Origin: Macrostomum lignano
Lineage: Eukaryota
Length of the DNA stretch: 62,342 nt
Direction of reading: 5' to 3'
Assembly (NCBI GenBank): GCA_002269645.1
Contig: NIVC01000488.1
Coordinates: forward strand, 1 to 62,342
Below the pieces are notes generated by a model. The model had not been told where the DNA came from. It did no database searches and saw nothing but the letters and a program-made list of their open reading frames with translations. Below are positions 57,501 through 62,342 of the stretch, piece by piece. Every line of letters begins with the position of its first letter. Position 1 is the first letter of the stretch. The translations under genes were made by a program, and so were the position numbers.

Positions 57501-60068
57501 CTGCCACTGAATGTCGTTGATGATCTCCTTGAGCCAGTCGCAGAAGTCGCGCAGCTTGTTGGCTGCTGAGGAGCTGGAAACGGTTGATGAAGGATGGTGG
57601 TGAGGCTGGAAACGGTTGATGAAGGATGGTGGTGAGGCTGGAAACGGTTGATGAAGGATGGTGGTGAGGCTGGAAACGGTTGATGAAGGATGGTGGTGAG
57701 GCTGGGAACGGTTGATGAACGATGGTGGTGAGGCTGGAAACGGTTGATGAAGGATGGTGGTGAGGCTGGAAACGGTTGATGAAGGATGGTGGTGAGGCTG
57801 GGAACGGTCGATGAAGGATGGTGGTGAGGCTGGGAACGGTTGGTGTAAGGATGGTGGTGAGGCTGGGAACGGTTGATGAAGGATGGTGGTGAGGCTGGGT
57901 CAACCGTTAACGGAGTGAGTGGGTTCACTGGCCGAGAATCAATGCGACAGTGATGATATTGTATGGGTCACTGATGATGATACTGCATGGGTCACTGGTG
58001 ATGATACTGCATGGGTCACTGGTGATGATACTGCATGGGTCACTGATGATGATACTGCATGGGTCACTGATGATGATACTGCATGGGTCACTGATGATGA
58101 TACTGCATGGGTCACTGATGATGATACTGCATGGGTCACTGGTGATGATACTGCATGGGTCACTGGTGATGATACTGCATGGGTCACTGATGATGATACT
58201 GCATGGGTCACTGATGATGATACTGCATGGGTCACTGATGATGATACTGCATGGGTCACTGGTGATGATACTGCATGGGTCACTGATGATGATACTGCAT
58301 GGGTCACTGATGATGATACTGCATGGGTCACTGATGATGATACTGCATGGGTCACTGATGATGATACTGCATGGGTCACTGGTGATGATACTGCATGGGT
58401 CACTGATGATGATACTGCATGGGTCACTGATGATGATACTGCATGGGTCACTGATGATGATACTGCATGGGTAATGGCAATACATGTGACAGTGACAAAG
58501 GCTCACTATAGTGGAGTGAGTCACTGAAGGCTCCAACTTACCGGTCAACCTCATATTTGAACTCGTCCTTCACTTCCTGCCGCAGCACCTTCTTGTCTCT
58601 GACACGGAAGTACACCTTCTGCAGGTTTCCGTCTTTCAGCACCTCAATAGACATTGTGTTGCTCTCGTAGAACTTGCAAATTTCTTCTTTCAAGTTGGCA
58701 ACAGACGGGCGAAAGTTTAAGTAGTCCTCCAGCCGCAGCTCCTTGCCCCGTTCCAAATCTTGAAAGCGCTTGAAAATATGAAAGTACTTGAACCCGACGT
58801 TGAGCAAGTCCTCTCTGTCGTCCTTGTCCAGCTGCAGGTGCGGGCTGTGGTACCGCTCGTAGAAGTCGGCAAACATCTGGCAGACAACCTCCGGTCCGAT
58901 GGTGTCCTTGACAACAACCGAGTTCGGCTTCGCCTTGCTGTAGCCGTTCGAATTTTCGCCCAGGATTTGAGCGTAGCCAGCGGCTTCGCTGTCCTTGTCG
59001 CAGCGGATGTTCTCCTCAATCAGGGCCATGATGAGCTCGGCTATGGCTGTCTTGAGTTCCATCTCCTCATCGAAGTCGCACTTGTTGTAGATCTGCTGCG
59101 ACCGCAACAGGTAGTTCAGGTAGTCGCACACCTTGCTATCGTAGCACACGATTTGATTCTTTAAATTGCCTGACGAGAATTCCAACAGAGTTTTGATGAG
59201 CTGGGTGACCAGGGATATGTTCGACCTGGTCACGGAAATGTACACCAGGCTCAGGTATTCCACCGTCTTGGACACCAGGTTGTAGGACTTCATGTTGTCC
59301 GGCTGCTCCCTCAGGTAGTCCTGCAGAGGTGGGAGAAGGAGGGCGCACTGCATCCCATTGCCCAACCTGCGGGTGGGTGTACACACTCATGCCCATCTCA
59401 TTAACCAACCTGCGGGTGGGTGTACACACTCATGCCCATCTCATTACCCAACCTGCAGGTGGGTGTACACTCATGCCCATCTCATTAACCAACCTGCAGG
59501 TGGGTGTACACTCATGCCCATCTCATTAACCAACCTGCAGGTGGGTGTTCTGCCGTCGCAGATGAAAGCCAGAACTCTGAGCACCAACTCGATGTGCCCA
59601 TCGTCCTTCATCTGCAAATTCTCATCCTCCATGACAATCTGGGTGGCCAAGTCCTCGATGTCTGTCTTGTTCAGCCGAAGCAAGGTTTGCGTTCCAGTCG
59701 GAGCAACTTCGGCAGTGGATCCTGGCGAGTCCTGGCGAGTGCGGCTGTCCGTGTCAGGAAAAGACTTGCGACTGCTGTTGCTGGAGTTCCTCCACGCGCT
59801 GGGCAGAAGATCGGCGAACAGAGCCGACTTGGAGATCGGCTGCTGCTGGTGCTGCTGGTGATGGTGGTGGTGCATTCCGCGAGCGTGACTGCCCGCCCCG
59901 CCACCGCTTTTGCTCTTCTGCTCAAGAAAGTGCAACAGTCGGGCGCCTTGCTCGGTGCTTCGCAGGTTCTTCGCCGCGTCAGGGTCCTTGTTGAGCAGAT
60001 CCAGCTGGCTGCGCAGCTCCATCATCTTCTCGTCAATTTTGCTGCGCTGCTGGTTGATCAGCGCTCGG
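51557..60068 (-). CDS. ITPR: Divergent inositol 1,4,5-trisphosphate receptor-like Ca2+ channel, 3' part (5' exons lie beyond the window)
   Basis: Exons 60068-59535, 59320-58542, 57573-57214, 56030-55804, 54989-54814, 54320-54093, 53150-53031, 52712-52575 and 51721-51557, phase-compatible. RIH-associated motif ICDG(Q)NTHLQDYLREQPDN (one base missing near 59552), LQKVYF, membrane helices, TTIGLNIVFGIIVDTFSELR, CFICS and EHNQWAYLFF. Confidence 0.88.
51740..52520. repeat. Intronic 39-bp minisatellite (GATGAGGCTGGGGTTAGGTGTAGCAGAGGGTGTCTGTTG)n
   Basis: Fills the last ITPR intron. Confidence 0.95.
53280..53990. repeat. Intronic TCACTCCAATCACCCTGAAGTTTCCC-type minisatellite
   Basis: Fills ITPR intron 54092-53151. 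Confidence 0.92.
55050..55798. repeat. Intronic (GAGTGACCAATCACCCAAACTACA)n minisatellite
   Basis: Fills ITPR intron 55803-54990. Confidence 0.95.
56100..56990. repeat. Intronic 20-bp (GAGTTAAGAGGCGCCAAAAT)n minisatellite
   Basis: Fills ITPR intron 57213-56031. Confidence 0.96.
57574..57900 (-). repeat. 32-bp tandem repeat whose unit contains the 3' splice site
   Basis: Minus-strand unit CCTCACCACCATCCTTCATCAACCGTTTCCAG; the last copy supplies the functional acceptor at 57574. Confidence 0.93.
57950..58470. repeat. Intronic 24-bp (GGGTCACTGATGATGATACTGCAT)n minisatellite
   Basis: Highly homogeneous array with GAT/GGT variants. Confidence 0.97.
59360..59545 (-). repeat. 41-43-bp tandem repeat whose unit contains the exon end and 5' splice site
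   Basis: ACACCCACC(T/C)GCAG|GTTGG junctions at 59535, 59494, 59453, 59410 and 59367. Confidence 0.92.
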
Positions 60069-60094
60069 CTGCGGTGGGGTGTTTAAAGGGCGGG

Positions 60095-62342
60095 GTTCCT
60101 CTCCTCTCCTCTCCTCTTCTCTCCTCTCCTCTCCTCTCCTCTCCTCTCCTCTCCTCTCCTCTCCTCTCCTCTCCTCTCCTCTCCTCTCCTCTCCTCTCCT
60201 CTTCTCTCCTCTCCTCTCCTCTCCTCTCCTCTCCTCTCCTCTCCTCTCCTCTCCTCTCCTCTCCTTTCTCTCCTCTCCTCTCCTCTCTTCTCCTCTCCTC
60301 TCCTCTCCTCTCCTCTCCTCTCCTCTCCTCTCCTCTCCTCTCCTCTCCTCTCCTCTCCTCTCCTCTCCTCTCCTCTTCTCCTCTCCTCTCCTCTCCTCTC
60401 CTCTCCTCTCCTCTCCTCTCATTTCATCTCATCTCCTCTCCTCTCCTCTCCTCTCCTCTCCTCTCCTCTCCTCTCATTTCATTTCATCTCATCTCATCTC
60501 CTCTCCTCTCCTCTCCTCTCCTCTCCTCTCCTCTCCTCTCCTCTCCTCTCCTCTCTCTCCTCTCCTCTCCTCTCCTCTCCTCTCCTCTCCTCTCCTCTCC
60601 TCTCCTCTCCTCTCTCTCCTCTCATTTCATCTCATCTCATCTTCTCTCCTCTTATCTCCTCTCCTCTCCTCTCATTTCATTTCATCTCCTCTCCTCTCCT
60701 CTCCTCTCCTCTCCTCTCCTCTCCTCTCCTCTCCTCTCCTCTCTCTCCTCTCCTCTCCTCTCCTCTCCTCTCCTCTCTCCTCTCTCTCCTCTCCTCTCTC
60801 TCCTCTCATTTCATCTCATCTCATCTTCTCTCCTCTTATCTCCTCTCCTCTCCTCTCATTTCATTTCATCTCCTCTCCTCTCCTCTCCTCTCCTCTCATT
60901 TCATTTCATCTCCTCTCCTCTCCTCTCCTCTCCTCTCCTCTCCTCTCCTCTCCTCTCCTCTCCTCTCCTCTCCTCTCCTTTCCTCTCCTCTCCTCTCCTC
61001 TCCTCTCTCTCCTCTCCTATTCTCTCCTCTCCTCTCTCTCCTCTCCTCTCTCCCCTCTTCTCTCCTCTCCTCTCCTCTCCTCTCCTCTCCTCTCCTTTCC
61101 TTTCCTCTCCACTCCTTTCCTCTCCTCTCTCTCTCTCCTCTCCTCTCCTCTCCTCTCCTCTCCTCTCCTCTCCTCTCCTCTCCTCTCCTCTCCTCTCCTC
61201 TCCTCTCCTCTCCTCTCCTCTCCTCTCCTCTCATTTCAATCTCCTCTCCTCTCCTCTCCTCTCTCTCCTCTCCTCTCCTCTCCTCTCCTCTCTCTCCTCT
61301 CCTCTCCTCTCCTCTCCTCTCCTCTCCTCTCCTTCCTCTCCTCTCCTCTCCTCTCCTCTCCTCTCCTCTCCTCTCTCTCCTCTCCTCTCATTTCATTTCA
61401 TCTCATCTCATCTCCTCTCCTCTCCTCTCCTCTCCTCTCCTCTCCTCTCCCTCTCTCCCTCTCCTTCCTCTCTCCTCTCTCTCTCTCCTCTCCTCTCTCT
61501 CCTCTCCTCTCCTCTCTCTCTCTCTCTCTCCTCTCCTTTCATCTCTCTCTCTTTCTCCTTTCACTCTTATTCCCTCCCCTCCTCTCTCCCCTCTCCTCTC
61601 ATCTTTCACTCTCTCTCCTCTCATTTCATTTCATCTCCCTCTCCTCTCTCTCTTTTTTCCCTCCTCCTCCTCTCCTCTCCTCTCCTCTCCTCTCCTCTCC
61701 TCTCCTTTCCTCTCCTCTCCTCTCCTCTCCTCTCCTCTCCTCTCCTCTCCTCTGCCTCTCCTCTCCTCTCCTCTCTCTCCTCTCCTCTCCTCTCCTCTCC
61801 TCTCCTCTCTCTCCTCTCCTCTCCTCTCCTTCCTCTCCTCTCCCTCTTCTCTCTCTCCTCCTCCTCTCCTCTCCTCTCCTCTCCTCTCCTCTCTCTCCTC
61901 TCCTCTCCTCTCCTTCCTCTCCTCTCCTCTCCTCTCCTCTCCTCTCCTCTCCTCTCCTCTTCCTCTCCTCTCCTCTCCTCTCCTCTCCTCTCCTCTCCTC
62001 TCCTCTCATTTCATCTCATCTCATCTTCTCTCCTCTTATCTCCTCTCCTCCTCTCCTCTCCTCTCCTCTCCTCTCCTCTCCTCTCCTCTCCTCTCCTCTC
62101 CTCTCTCCTCTCTCTCTCCTCTCCTCTCCTTCCTTCCTCTCCTTCTCCTCTCCTCTCCTCTCCTCTCCTCTCCTCTTCTCTTCTCTCTCTCCTCTCCTCT
62201 CCTCTCTCTCCTCTCCTCTCCTCTCCTCTCCTTTCCTCTCCTCTCTCTCCTCTCTTCTCCTCTCCTCTCTCTCCTCTCTCTCCTCTTCATCCTCTCCTCT
62301 CCTCTCCTCTCCTCTCCTCTCCCTCCTCTCCTCTCCCTCTCC
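60095..62342. repeat. (CTCCT)n polypyrimidine/polypurine satellite in an ITPR intron
   Basis: More than 2.2 kb of nearly pure CTCCT with CATTT punctuation; runs off the window. Confidence 0.98.

Noticed and set aside
57919-58554. DDDTAWVT / SDPCSIII repeat ORFs
   Set aside because: 24-bp intronic array; no unique coding context.
60033-62290. Arg/Glu/Gly-rich ORFs (EERRG)n, and (ER)n at 31.4 kb
   Set aside because: Simple-sequence repeats.

Overview
Eukaryotic (animal) genomic DNA, not prokaryotic. It has GT-AG spliced genes, GC-rich exons, AT-rich spacers and introns often filled almost entirely with minisatellites. This organisation resembles the free-living flatworm Macrostomum (inference only, not provable from the window). 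Exon models reconstructed by hand with phase-compatible splice sites: papain-family cathepsin (-), intronless CPEB1/Orb-type protein (+), WRAP53/TCAB1 (-), multi-Tudor protein (-), HIG1-domain protein (-), Rab24 (+), an orphan 335-aa ORF (+), a 113-aa basic protein with three copies of one motif whose 12.8-kb first intron holds nested transposons (-), and the 3' part of a divergent IP3-receptor-like channel (-). Mobile DNA: a 4.7-kb hAT transposon with TIRs and a perfect 8-bp TSD inserted into the Ulp1-protease exon of a decayed NOF/Mutator-like element, a 500-bp hAT MITE, nested foldback MITEs, a tRNA-derived SINE-like copy and a LINE 3' remnant. Most unusual observations: (1) a 4.9-kb inverted-repeat element whose two arms each carry the 28S rRNA H69-H71 segment (the R2/Pokey/I-PpoI target), with the cleavage site itself scrambled in both; (2) intron minisatellites built from real splice donors or acceptors; (3) a non-canonical selectivity filter in the IP3R-like channel; (4) an unusual WRAP53 5' end; (5) direct CpG-decay signatures in repeats. 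Three single-base G/C losses in otherwise intact genes are probably long-read consensus errors.
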